IMG/VR virus record: IMGVR_UViG_3300025121_000011
Coordinates: 1-64,000 of that record
Strand: one strand, 5' to 3'
DNA length: 64,000 nt
This document shows positions 54,901-64,000 of the stretch, piece after piece. The translations under genes were made by a program, and so were the position numbers. The notes under the pieces were generated by a model. That model was not told the DNA's origin, searched no databases, and saw nothing but the letters and a program-made list of their open reading frames with translations. Position 1 is the first letter of the stretch, and every line of letters starts with the position of its first letter.

Positions 54901-55138
54901 CGAAATTTCCAGTAAGCATGGGGGCTCATCTTTAGACTTCTTATTATTGGATGAAATAAATTCTCCTTTGGATAGACACGGAACAGAGAATTTATTTGTT
55001 AATGTAATTAAATCATTAGAGCAAAAATATAAAATTTTAGTTATCACTCATGACGATTTACTAAAAGAAAAGTTTGATTTTATTTTAGATGTAACAAAAA
55101 TAAACGGTGAGAGCACCACCAAATTTATCTCAAAGTAG
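51911..55138 (+). CDS. sbcC: SbcC/Rad50-like SMC ATPase, intein-containing
   Basis: NFFSH; NGSGK|S Walker A; coiled coils; CYVC Zn-hook; LSGGEQ; LLLDE; ITHD. Confidence 0.93.
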   Translation: MIPINLKIKNFFSHKETEIDFTKFNSALLIGNVEGDYNISNGSGKCLSGNTILTSPLTGERISIRDLYNCKKPFSVWGLDKNLKLSPSEITAIQLSGKKEILKITLENGYEECVSTTHPILSIDKNCVLAKDLLIGSYVAQPRHMNVLYPQKTLSMEESRLLGLYASEGGLTEGRARFTNADQDIIAKAKHGLWNKKAINRCLPPVFFSESKENVGAFLGMFFSGNGYISDIERAREISIGLGSKEFIYDLQVLLQRFGIQSSIRFKKINLIYNSWILSIHTNVDNFIKFYALVNDKLYGPKKYRLEKFNEFIIKLNSNPNKDIIPSALYCDKIIEYKKNYKHSNIDLSNNQLKNTNLSRKKLKKYAEIVNDKDLLLLSDSDIVWTKIKSIENIGVQETYDIEIDNDTHLYALNGFITHNSALFEAILWCLFNKARTASMDDVVMWNETNCSVSFEFIHHGERYKIIRDRSRTTGTSTVEFFIDDQGSWIDKSGSTARLTNDEIISVIHVDYKTFINSAYFRQNDISEFAESDAGRKKEILKNIIDLSKWDEYEKTAKNDVKLLKQECIILEAESNELNDTRQSLAESEFKFKELTRLVDSKGLEREDVAHRLESLSEKYTSLKQSLDTDKWDKITDENAKLTTSLSIIEGKKDSLLKEICDYEKQVSVMNIKISEFQEELVNIKLDPEAPNKLLLCRDEKNKYKAEISSNKERLLELESVNIIKGTCYVCGQGVAENLSEILKQEYQTKINDFKRRIVFGKNRVNQLEAEINLLEKITLDGQRFQTLTASTSSLQSEIKMLCGHLDRISNEKVEVIRHINEIQSKLKSNEDILTSLRDDNFNSLRLQIKELKQNRISVQSELESINRDVGIYSQRVINLTEKINKMQKSQKKLIEKGKELIILEKFVKLLGKNGIQTILLNAVIEDLELVSNDILSSICNEPFQVILETQRLGADGSSIVDTLDLKVKKDGIIQNFKSLSGGEQFRISLALRIALSEISSKHGGSSLDFLLLDEINSPLDRHGTENLFVNVIKSLEQKYKILVITHDDLLKEKFDFILDVTKINGESTTKFISK
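52046..53170 (+). mobile_element. Intein (375 aa) in the Walker A of sbcC, degenerate LAGLIDADG
   Basis: CLSGNT start; STTHP; GLYASEGG and GMFFSGNG; TYDIEI...NGFITHN then Ser+1. Confidence 0.93.
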
Positions 55139-55182
55139 TGTTGATAATCTAGTAATTTAATTACTATTATTGAGGAACCGCC

Positions 55183-56070
55183 ATGGCTATCATTATCTTA
55201 ACTATGACCGAAAGTGATAATCAGTTAATTACTGGAATTCCTGAATATGTAGTTTTTTCTACCAGTGAGCCATCAACTATATATTATACGTTTGATGGAG
55301 AGGATCCAACTGAAGACTCAGATATGGCTGTTGGAAATGTATACCTTCCGACTTTAATTCCGTCATTCACCCTAAAGGCTATTTCACTTATAAATAATGA
55401 CGCATCTATAATACTAGAGCAAGACTATGCCGTCCTTCAAGATGATTTAGGTGTATCACGTCGCACTGGTAGGGAAGGAGTGTCTGTTTTGCCGGTAGGA
55501 AGAGATATAATTGATAGTTTGGCATACGATGCCGATGGATATGCTGCACAAGAAACATCTATTGATGTAACAGATTTAGACATCATCGCTTCACGTACCA
55601 ATAGATTAGGAGAGAAAATTGTTGATGGCAGCAGCAGTAGGTCTTTTATTAATTTTATAAAACCAGAAATAACCAGTATTACGGAGGAGTACAGGTCTAG
55701 TCCAAATAACGATAATGTAAGCTTTAATCCTAATGCTAGTGTAATTGTTATAGATGGATCTAGTGTAGAAAATGCAGAATCACAAATTGTAAAAATAATA
55801 AATCGCCCACATGGAACTATGTCTGTGGTTAGCCCATTTTATAATGAGCATCTTCAGTCAGAACCAATAGTGACTGGAAATTTTGTTAGAAGCATGTACA
55901 ATCCTACAACTGGAAAAATTGTATTTTATTATTCGGAGAGCAGAGAAAATAGGTGGATAAAGTCTATTCAAAAAGTAGAAAGTCTCCCAAGATTAAACTT
56001 AACAGGCCGTATGGTCCCCACATTTGTTTTCCAGTGGATTGAAGATAGGGCGATGTCAAAAATATTTTAA
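55183..56070 (+). CDS. Probable structural protein with Fn3-associated/chitobiase-like domain
   Basis: STIYYTFDGEDPT...Y...TLKAI motif; GAGG RBS. Confidence 0.65.
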   Translation: MAIIILTMTESDNQLITGIPEYVVFSTSEPSTIYYTFDGEDPTEDSDMAVGNVYLPTLIPSFTLKAISLINNDASIILEQDYAVLQDDLGVSRRTGREGVSVLPVGRDIIDSLAYDADGYAAQETSIDVTDLDIIASRTNRLGEKIVDGSSSRSFINFIKPEITSITEEYRSSPNNDNVSFNPNASVIVIDGSSVENAESQIVKIINRPHGTMSVVSPFYNEHLQSEPIVTGNFVRSMYNPTTGKIVFYYSESRENRWIKSIQKVESLPRLNLTGRMVPTFVFQWIEDRAMSKIF

Positions 56071-56081
56071 GGTAAACAAAC

Positions 56082-56813
56082 ATGTTAAAATTATCAGCAT
56101 CTTCTATGGGCACTTATGATAAGTGTCCAAAGAAATATCATTATACATATATTGAAAAACCAAAGATTGAGGAAAAAGAATGGATACATTTGGAGTTTGG
56201 AAGTTGCGCACATAAAGTTTTAGAATTATTTCATTTAGATCTTATTCAAAATATACATACTCCTGAAGAGTATCCAATTATTATGAGAAAAAGTTTCCAA
56301 AAAGCCTTGGAGGAATTTAATGCCAAGTTACTTCAACCAGAATTACCATATTTAAGAGAAATTTTGCAGGATTATCTTGATTATATAAAATATTTTGGGC
56401 TGCCACAAGTTATTTCAACAGAGAAGCCCTTTAATTATTCTGTAGGAGATTTTTTAGTTCGAGGAATAATTGATCGAATTGATCGAGTTAATCCTGGTGA
56501 ATATCATGTTGTAGATTATAAAACTAGTAAGTCTGATAAATATCTAACTGATTTTCAGTTAATATTATATGCATTGGCAGTTCAAAAAATGTATCCTGAT
56601 GCAAAAGTTATTCATGGATCATATTGTATGCTTAAACATAAATCTAAATTAAAAAAATGGACATTTAGTGAAGATGATTATGTTAAAACACAAGAGACCG
56701 TTTTAAGATTAGGTACTTCTATTTCCTTGGATCAAGTGTGGTATAAAAAACCCACATTTTTATGTGATTGGTGTGATTATAAGTCAATTTGTCAAGATTC
56801 TTGGATTGGATAA
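56082..56813 (+). CDS. PD-(D/E)XK (RecB/AddB-like) nuclease
   Basis: LSASS...CP, G..AH, EKPF, GIIDRID, VDYKT, QL..Y, CDWC...C. Confidence 0.88.
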   Translation: MLKLSASSMGTYDKCPKKYHYTYIEKPKIEEKEWIHLEFGSCAHKVLELFHLDLIQNIHTPEEYPIIMRKSFQKALEEFNAKLLQPELPYLREILQDYLDYIKYFGLPQVISTEKPFNYSVGDFLVRGIIDRIDRVNPGEYHVVDYKTSKSDKYLTDFQLILYALAVQKMYPDAKVIHGSYCMLKHKSKLKKWTFSEDDYVKTQETVLRLGTSISLDQVWYKKPTFLCDWCDYKSICQDSWIG

Positions 56814-56824
56814 AAGGATAATAT

Positions 56825-57541
56825 ATGAATAAAACTTACGCAAGAAATGTAGAAGTATATGATGAAATAATATTTGTAAATACAAAAACAGGAGAAGGTA
56901 TTGAGCAGGTTTTGAGAAAGATTGATCCACTATTATGCGGTCAGGCGGCAAAAAGTTATCTTCCTGGATACACTTTTGAAGATATCAAACAAGAGCTTTT
57001 GATTATTGCTATAGATGGAATTAATGCATTTGATCCTGACCGAGGAGTAAAATTAAGCACGTTTTTGCAAACACATTTAAGACATAAATTTATTTCTAAG
57101 CTAAGAAGTGAAAACAAGATGTCTAATGATGCGTTTGGTTATGAAGAGGGAAGTAGTGAAAAACCTTGTAAAATTCCTAGAATTAGAGAGGAGTTAAGTT
57201 TTAGTCAATGTACTTCAACAGTTTCAGATAATGAAGCTATACCATTTGAATACTCTGTTGGCGAAGATGACTCTTTGTATGGTATTAAAAGAATGGATTA
57301 TGATTCTATTAATTTTGAAATCTCTTTAAATAAATTATTAGAGAAGATAGATGATAAGACTGCTAAAATCGTTAGATTGGTATATTTTGAAGATTATACA
57401 ATTAAAGATGCAGCCAGAAAAGTTGGGTTATCTGGCTGGGCAGCTAGTATGCGTATCAAAAAGTTAGCTGAAAAAAATACTTTTAAAGATATTTTTGGTG
57501 AGATAAGAGGTATACCGGTTTCATATTATGAGTCCTATTGA
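56825..57541 (+). CDS. Sigma-70-family-like phage sigma factor
   Basis: EDIKQE...AFDPDRGVKLSTF region 2; YTIKDAARKVGLS region-4 HTH. Confidence 0.8.
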   Translation: MNKTYARNVEVYDEIIFVNTKTGEGIEQVLRKIDPLLCGQAAKSYLPGYTFEDIKQELLIIAIDGINAFDPDRGVKLSTFLQTHLRHKFISKLRSENKMSNDAFGYEEGSSEKPCKIPRIREELSFSQCTSTVSDNEAIPFEYSVGEDDSLYGIKRMDYDSINFEISLNKLLEKIDDKTAKIVRLVYFEDYTIKDAARKVGLSGWAASMRIKKLAEKNTFKDIFGEIRGIPVSYYESY

Positions 57542-58865
57542 TAAGTATATCAAGAATGAATATGATATCGCACAATATCATATTCATATGCTTCAAAAGC
57601 TTAAAAAATTAAATCCAGCAAATAGAAGGCTTTTGGAACGTGAAATGGAATTTATAAGTATTCCATTTCATTCAATGAAATTTAATAATATTGAGGAAGT
57701 TGTAGAAGCAATAAGCTTATATCGAACAGCTAGACGACAATTTTATATAAAATATGGATGTTCTAATTTAAATAAACTTGTAGAAAGTTTTGAAAAAAAA
57801 TTAGAATTTTTATTAGACAGAAGAGATGAATTATTAAAAAGTAGAATAGAAGAGTTAAATGTAGTTCAAAATCCATATTTCTATGATCGGTTGGTTGAAT
57901 ATGAGGTTCAGCGTGGGGGGTTGAATAGAACTGAAATTAAACAAGCGAATATATCTTCTTTACTTAAAATCGAACCAATCAGTCTTGCTAAGGAGCGCGC
58001 ACGCGTACAGGGCATATTATATTCTGTTGGTTTACATTTGGAGGAATCATTAAGAAAAATTGAGATGCCGAAGAATTCTTTTGAATCTGTATATTTTAGT
58101 TTAAGTAAAATAGAGGCTATAACAGATACTTTAGGAGATAATCTTTTTAAAAATTATAATAAAGCATTGAAACTTTTACCTACAAGATTATCTAATACTT
58201 TGGGAGAAAATGATCAATTATCTAAGCTACATCCTATTGTTAATTTAATAGAAGAATTTCCAGTATCTGTATCACCAATTTATAAACATTCTAGTTTTAA
58301 TAATAATATTCCACAAATAGGGTATATTTTATATGGAATAAAACAAGCTATTTATCAAACTATAGAAAAAGATCGAGATAAGAAAACAAATAATAAAGTT
58401 TATGGTATTTTGCTTCCTAGGGAAAGAATTGGTAATGAAAAATTATCTTTATTGTATAAAAAAATTATATATGACGGAATAGATATTGCCTCTATATTTT
58501 CAAATGATTTGTCAAATGTAAAAGCAGTTAATACACTTGGGGAAGTAAATTATTTTAAAGCGATTATGATGCATCCTTTGTGGAAAATAATTACTAAAAT
58601 AGATAGAGATGCAAAATATAATACTATTATAACAAAAATTATAGGTTATGATATTGGAAATCTCTGTAATAACACAAAGATAGAGTCGGCCGTTATAAAA
58701 ATAAACACAACTTGTACTAATTTTTTAGATCTATCTAGGGATAATAGTACTATACTTGTAGCCAAAACCAGATCTGAAGAGGATTACTTACAGCGAGCCG
58801 TGGAAATAGCTAGTGGAAGAATTAGTGATTTATATTTGGATACGGCGGTTGATAATAGCTTATAA
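57528..58865 (+). CDS. Hypothetical protein
   Basis: 445-aa ORF overlapping the sigma gene. Confidence 0.7.
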   Translation: MSPIDKYIKNEYDIAQYHIHMLQKLKKLNPANRRLLEREMEFISIPFHSMKFNNIEEVVEAISLYRTARRQFYIKYGCSNLNKLVESFEKKLEFLLDRRDELLKSRIEELNVVQNPYFYDRLVEYEVQRGGLNRTEIKQANISSLLKIEPISLAKERARVQGILYSVGLHLEESLRKIEMPKNSFESVYFSLSKIEAITDTLGDNLFKNYNKALKLLPTRLSNTLGENDQLSKLHPIVNLIEEFPVSVSPIYKHSSFNNNIPQIGYILYGIKQAIYQTIEKDRDKKTNNKVYGILLPRERIGNEKLSLLYKKIIYDGIDIASIFSNDLSNVKAVNTLGEVNYFKAIMMHPLWKIITKIDRDAKYNTIITKIIGYDIGNLCNNTKIESAVIKINTTCTNFLDLSRDNSTILVAKTRSEEDYLQRAVEIASGRISDLYLDTAVDNSL

Positions 58866-58885
58866 TTTTAAATAGGATGCTAATT

Positions 58886-61800
58886 ATGCAAATTGATAAT
58901 CAAGATTCATTACGGAACATTTTACAGGCAATTAATGCGTTCGAATATAAAAGAACAATTAAACCAGCTCTATCTCAGGTTCATGCCGATTTTGCTACAA
59001 AAGGACCAGAAGACAGTATAGTTTCTTCTTTGCGTTTAATCTCTGATTTTGGTGTTAAACTCACCATTAGAAGAATTATTGTGGCAATTGGACCTGAAAA
59101 CTTTAAATCTGTCACAACCAATGATGCTATTTCTACAATAGATCAAGTTTATGAATCTAATGATTCGACTCCATTATATACACCCAAGGTGAAGTCAGAA
59201 GTTATACCTGTAGTAGAAGAACCGAAGCCTATTGATGAGAAGACAAATGAAGAGGTTGAAGTAGAAGCGCTTGGTTCTGATATGATAAGATTAGAAAATA
59301 TAGAAAGAAGATTTTCTAAATTTGAAGCTGCGAATTTTCCGGAAGCACATTCAAAAACATCTAAAGCAACTTTAATAAGAATTAAAACATTCATTAAAAA
59401 CGCTCGTAGTTATGCGATTCCTAATGGTATAGATATTACTGATATGCTTGATGATATGGAAAAGTGGTGCGAAGAGCTAGATGATATTTTGGCAGGCAAA
59501 ATAGTTGCTCCAATTGAGTCAAGTGTACCTAAGCCTAATGTTAAGATTTTAAAAAGAAGAAAGACAAAGATAGTAAGCCCCGGCCAAACAACTCTAGATC
59601 CAGAAGATGATGAAGATTTGGAAGAAGCTGGTAAAACCTTATCTGAAGTTGATGATGATAAGGTTTTTGCAGTTACAGGTCTTTTTAAAGATTCTGATGG
59701 TTTTTTAGTTATAGATGAATCTGGAAATCCATCTCTAAATAATGAAAAATTTGAAGCAGCTTATAATGAGGCTAAGGCAGCTTTATTATCTGTTCAAAAA
59801 GAATATGAAACAGATAGAAATTCTGATAAAAATCTAAATGCATCTAAGTTTAGAAGAAAATTAAATATAATATTTCATGCAATTAAAGTTCAAGATTGGA
59901 ATATCAGAAGTATATTTTTTGATAGTAAGGATGATTTTATACAAAAAATGGGTGGTGCCCAAAACTTTGACGCTTTTGATAGAGAATTGAATAAACAATA
60001 TCTTTCTACAAAACTTAGTCGAGATATGTCTTTATTCGATACTATATGGAGAGGTGTTTTAGCTTTAGCAATTAACAGGTCTATGTATGGGCATATTCAA
60101 CGAACTAAACCTATAATCGTTGAATTTAAAAAGGCAAAAATTGACGTAGACCCTACAGACTTAGATGAATTAACAGAAAAATATCTTGAGACTGCATACG
60201 AGCGTGTGCGCGCAAAATATTTCAGTACATTTAGAATAAGTTCTCCTGCGTTTTATTCAACAAGAAAAGATACAATTTCTACATTGGCTGTAAAACCAAG
60301 TTTGTTTATTTCCATGATTTGGAACTCCGATTATGGTTATGCTTCAGCTAAAGAAAATAAAGCTAGGTATACAAAAACATACTGTCCAGTCTGTTTTAAG
60401 CAAATTAAATGGCGCGCCACAGGAGAGCTTAAAACTCAAGAAGAGCATGAGCATTTTGATGCTCCAGCTGTTATTCCTTATAACATAGATAAACGAGCAC
60501 CAATAACAGAGGCGGATTTACGCGCAGCAGGTAAGTTCGCACCACCACTTGGAAGCAAATATCGCGGTCCAAAGACATGGGATGAAATTGTAGCTTTGTT
60601 GGCGTCAGAAAGTATTACTAGTCATAGGGAAGGCTGGATTAGACGAGCAGAGGCGCTTAAATCATTGGGTGGAGAAGATGTTGGAACTACAGATATTACC
60701 AATACAATGTTTAGATGCCCATATCCAAGAGAAGGTTCTTGCGGAATTTCACTAAATAAAATTATTACTGGAGATAATTTTTCTCCACCAATTCCAACTA
60801 TGGAATCAACTCCAGAAGAAAAGCTGGAATATGCCCAATCATTGGTGAAGATGCCAATAGCTCAATTAGATCAAAATACTTTAAAAAATGCATTTGATCT
60901 ATTAGATACTATAGAAGTCACAGTAGACACAAAAGCTGCTATTCATATGGCAAAGCGTTCTATTAGAGTTCTTATGCCAGAGGTTCAAACTCTTAAAGAA
61001 ACAAAGGATCAATATCAGCCGACATATTCTCCTGCATCTATAGATGGTTCCTTGGTAAGTTTTGATAATAAAGTAAAAGATGTACCAGCAGATATGCGTG
61101 CGCTGATGAAAACGCAAGCAGCGGGTGGATATAAATTCTCTAAATCATTTTTCAGATGTCCATGTAGAATTTCTGCGGAAATGGCCAGAAAGGGTTTAGC
61201 TGGAAATAAAGTTGAGAACGCATATTTCACTTATGCTATACCATATAGTGGAGTATATAATGCATCAGAAAAATCCGCATGGCAATTGCCAACAACTCCA
61301 GAAGGAGGGGAGAGTCAAGATATCCCGGATGGTGCGTTTGGATATTTAATTTGTGGAGCGCAGACATCTTTGTCGGCATTTGATCGCAATACTCGTAATG
61401 TAGATGGATTTGCAGCTATGATGAGTAAAATTCATAATGAGGACATTAAACTATTCCTATCGCTGTTAGAATATTTTATCAAAGAGGGAGTCGATGTTCG
61501 TGATATAATGGCTGTATTACCACATATATCTGTTCAAACCCCAACGGTGGTCTCTAATAAACAGATTCGAGATAGAATTCAAAAATTGGCAGATCTACTT
61601 TCGCTTGGTATGGCTAAAAAGGGTGATGATTTATTTGATCAGTTGGCTGAGTTTATTTTAATTTGTCCTTTTGGTCATAAATTTAAAATTGGCGATTCTC
61701 TTAAATTTGGAGAGAATCACTTATCAATGTCTTTAAAGGGAATTAAAATGGTTCCTTATCGAGATATGATTAATGGAAAAGTTGATTCATTATCATTTTT

Positions 61801-64000
61801 AATAGGACGTGGCGATCTAATTAAATTAGATAAAAATATTCCAAGACGATACCTATATTATAGCGAATGGATAGCTGTACCAGAGAAAGATCGTATTGTT
61901 AATATATTTATGATACAAAAAGCTTTATCACAATTAAGTGAAGAAGAATATCAAGATAGAATTCGAAATTTGGCTTTTTTGAAATTCAAACACAATGATG
62001 TTGATTATGTTTTTAGAGATAATATAAGATTGGCAAAAGAAGTTTGGTCTGGATTTGGGAGCGCTACAGAAATGTATGCTGGAGAAGATCGCGTTTCATT
62101 AATATCAGGCTCTAGGTTAATTCACGAAACAGCTAATGAAGAAGGAAAGTATACAAATTTTGGCGAAACTGCATCTGCGCAAGAATTTCAAACCGATAAA
62201 TATAATATTGATAATGATCTAGTTGTAACAGAAATACCCGGCTCTGTTTTTACAGGTAATGTCAGAAAAGATTTGGATGCTAAGCGAATCGCGCTTTCAC
62301 GTACTCTGTCTTCTGTACTCCGAATTATTTACACTTGGAATAGTGGTATCCCAAATGAAAATATGGCAGAAATTTTTACAATTAGAGAAAAAGAAAATGT
62401 ACCTCTGGCTCCTATAGCTCTGGATGTTTTAACTAATATTCCCAAGGAACTAACAGAATTGCAACCTATATCAAATCTATTGATGTCTGAAGCTAGTGCT
62501 TTAGAAGAAGCAATACGAGATAATGTAGAGTCTTTTGGTATTATAAGACCGCAAGAAGAGCCTTTAAACTTTGCTGTAAATATTTTAGTACGAGCTACTA
62601 TGGAGGTTTTGACCTCTGGAAAATTTAGTGGAACTATTCATGAAGGAAATCTAGCTAAGATTCAGAAAATTGTTCGAAAAATTGCTCAAAATCTATTAGC
62701 TGGTAATGAATCCGCTATTGGATTTTTGACTTCTTCAGCTAGATCTGCTCGTTCTAGAGTTAGAGATTCTTCTAAAGAACGAATGTTGCAGAAGTTATTT
62801 TTACTTTCATTTGCATCTTATTTAGCGACTGAAGTAACAAATCTTGCAACAGACTATTTTAATACAGATAGTCCAATGTATATTGGATATGATATTGGAG
62901 CAGATTTAACTGATTTTGATATTGTTTCTAATATTTCTGTTGATATTTTAGATAAAGTCTTATCAGCGGGAACGGCGGCATTGGGTTTGGAAGTTTATAA
63001 GAAGTTTGAAGGAATTGAACCAGAATATAATATAGATAGATTAGACCGCGCATATAATCGATTAATTTTGGTATTAGATCTTGCTAGTAAATTTTCTATG
63101 AATCCATATAATGTTGATAAAGCTAAAAAATATTTAACCAGAAGAATAGCTGAATTAAGTGGAAATGAAGCTAGTTGGGTTGCCGCAGAAATTGAAAAAT
63201 ATTTTCCAGTAGCCAACATGGTTTTAACTCATGATATTTTCTCTACAGATGAAGGGATGGCAAGATTAAGCAGAAATGTTCCCGTCACCGGTTTCTCAAG
63301 GCAAATTACAGATATGCCAGACACCAGATATCCAGGTGGAATAATAGTAAATCCAAGTATTAACTTTGATTCTTCTAAACTACAGATAGGAATGATTTCA
63401 GACCGACCACAAACAACAACCTTGTGGCCTCCAGAGCAGCAGGGTTTTGGCTCTAGTGCATTCGTAGGATTTAGACTTCCTGTGGTCTCACGTGGAATGG
63501 CTCAAAATATAACAGCATCAGCTATGGATTTAAAGATTCTTGACTTTTCAATGATGATTTCTATAGATGAAACACCAATAGATATATCATTTTTATTCCA
63601 AAGAGGATTTTCTGATAAAGATCGAGAAGCTCTCGACAGAATCGAGTCCTTAATATTAAAAGCCGAATCAGATCATAGTCGGGCGGTATCAATTCTTGGA
63701 CAGGAGTTATCTGGAGAGGAATATGATATTCAATTGGCAGAATTACAATTTGCATATAGAACTAGATTAGAATCTTTACGCGCAAGACGCAAAGAAATTC
63801 CGCTTAATTATGTAACGGGTTCTAATACATTTAGCGTGCAAAGCGCTTCTAGAAAAGATATTAATGATATAGCTTTTATACCTAAAAATGAATTTTTAGA
63901 AAAATATGCTAGATTGGTACAGGGAACCAAAGGTGTATATCATGGTTATCCTACTCATCGATTTATTAGAGTTGGATTCGTTATTAAGTCTGCATTACGT
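58886..64000 (+). CDS. Giant hypothetical protein (>=1705 aa, runs off the window) with scattered Cys motifs
   Basis: AGGA RBS, ATG 58886 (MQIDNQDSLRN); frame consistent to the last base and absent from the track for lack of a stop; YCPVC, FRCPY..SCG, FRCPC, LICG, ICPFGH. Confidence 0.85.
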   Translation, partial: MQIDNQDSLRNILQAINAFEYKRTIKPALSQVHADFATKGPEDSIVSSLRLISDFGVKLTIRRIIVAIGPENFKSVTTNDAISTIDQVYESNDSTPLYTPKVKSEVIPVVEEPKPIDEKTNEEVEVEALGSDMIRLENIERRFSKFEAANFPEAHSKTSKATLIRIKTFIKNARSYAIPNGIDITDMLDDMEKWCEELDDILAGKIVAPIESSVPKPNVKILKRRKTKIVSPGQTTLDPEDDEDLEEAGKTLSEVDDDKVFAVTGLFKDSDGFLVIDESGNPSLNNEKFEAAYNEAKAALLSVQKEYETDRNSDKNLNASKFRRKLNIIFHAIKVQDWNIRSIFFDSKDDFIQKMGGAQNFDAFDRELNKQYLSTKLSRDMSLFDTIWRGVLALAINRSMYGHIQRTKPIIVEFKKAKIDVDPTDLDELTEKYLETAYERVRAKYFSTFRISSPAFYSTRKDTISTLAVKPSLFISMIWNSDYGYASAKENKARYTKTYCPVCFKQIKWRATGELKTQEEHEHFDAPAVIPYNIDKRAPITEADLRAAGKFAPPLGSKYRGPKTWDEIVALLASESITSHREGWIRRAEALKSLGGEDVGTTDITNTMFRCPYPREGSCGISLNKIITGDNFSPPIPTMESTPEEKLEYAQSLVKMPIAQLDQNTLKNAFDLLDTIEVTVDTKAAIHMAKRSIRVLMPEVQTLKETKDQYQPTYSPASIDGSLVSFDNKVKDVPADMRALMKTQAAGGYKFSKSFFRCPCRISAEMARKGLAGNKVENAYFTYAIPYSGVYNASEKSAWQLPTTPEGGESQDIPDGAFGYLICGAQTSLSAFDRNTRNVDGFAAMMSKIHNEDIKLFLSLLEYFIKEGVDVRDIMAVLPHISVQTPTVVSNKQIRDRIQKLADLLSLGMAKKGDDLFDQLAEFILICPFGHKFKIGDSLKFGENHLSMSLKGIKMVPYRDMINGKVDSLSFLIGRGDLIKLDKNIPRRYLYYSEWIAVPEKDRIVNIFMIQKALSQLSEEEYQDRIRNLAFLKFKHNDVDYVFRDNIRLAKEVWSGFGSATEMYAGEDRVSLISGSRLIHETANEEGKYTNFGETASAQEFQTDKYNIDNDLVVTEIPGSVFTGNVRKDLDAKRIALSRTLSSVLRIIYTWNSGIPNENMAEIFTIREKENVPLAPIALDVLTNIPKELTELQPISNLLMSEASALEEAIRDNVESFGIIRPQEEPLNFAVNILVRATMEVLTSGKFSGTIHEGNLAKIQKIVRKIAQNLLAGNESAIGFLTSSARSARSRVRDSSKERMLQKLFLLSFASYLATEVTNLATDYFNTDSPMYIGYDIGADLTDFDIVSNISVDILDKVLSAGTAALGLEVYKKFEGIEPEYNIDRLDRAYNRLILVLDLASKFSMNPYNVDKAKKYLTRRIAELSGNEASWVAAEIEKYFPVANMVLTHDIFSTDEGMARLSRNVPVTGFSRQITDMPDTRYPGGIIVNPSINFDSSKLQIGMISDRPQTTTLWPPEQQGFGSSAFVGFRLPVVSRGMAQNITASAMDLKILDFSMMISIDETPIDISFLFQRGFSDKDREALDRIESLILKAESDHSRAVSILGQELSGEEYDIQLAELQFAYRTRLESLRARRKEIPLNYVTGSNTFSVQSASRKDINDIAFIPKNEFLEKYARLVQGTKGVYHGYPTHRFIRVGFVIKSALR

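Noticed and set aside
56082-56813. cas4
   Set aside because: The Cys pattern and PD-(D/E)XK motif are shared with RecB/AddB-like phage nucleases; no CRISPR context
1-64000. Cellular chromosome or eukaryotic giant virus origin
   Set aside because: Shine-Dalgarno sites, tmRNA, sigma factor and HU indicate a bacterial system; isolated housekeeping genes among many small orphans and the lack of intact cellular operons favour a huge phage, though hallmark virion genes are not in this window

Overview
AT-rich, gene-dense segment read in the standard genetic code. Almost every gene is on the + strand (only two credible - strand genes). The gene mix best fits a huge (jumbo) bacteriophage genome; this is an inference, and no capsid or terminase gene is in the window. 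Recognisable genes: CCA-adding enzyme, RNA ligase, SpoU methylase, tmRNA, M50/S49/M16 peptidases, GroEL, Hsp20, DNA methyltransferase, PurA, intein-split GuaB, ThyX, DHH phosphoesterase, MoxR-type AAA + VWA pair, KhpA, HU, HNH, FtsK-like ATPase, an intein-split stand-alone primase Zn-finger, SbcD, intein-split SbcC, a PD-(D/E)XK nuclease, a sigma factor, and a >=1705-codon ORF running off the right end. Most unusual observations: (1) two tandem arrays (>=8 genes) of Imm5-like proteins with near-identical, mosaic N- and C-modules around a hypervariable Ala/Tyr core; (2) a tRNA-shaped RNA whose anticodon arm is replaced by a ~110-nt structured insert; (3) three short peptide motifs each shared by otherwise unrelated proteins (two C-terminal, one N-terminal leader that co-occurs with a TACTAAT upstream motif), suggesting sorting tags; (4) a two-state RNA hairpin covering the purA ribosome-binding site. 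All family calls come from motifs read by eye; no database searches were run.
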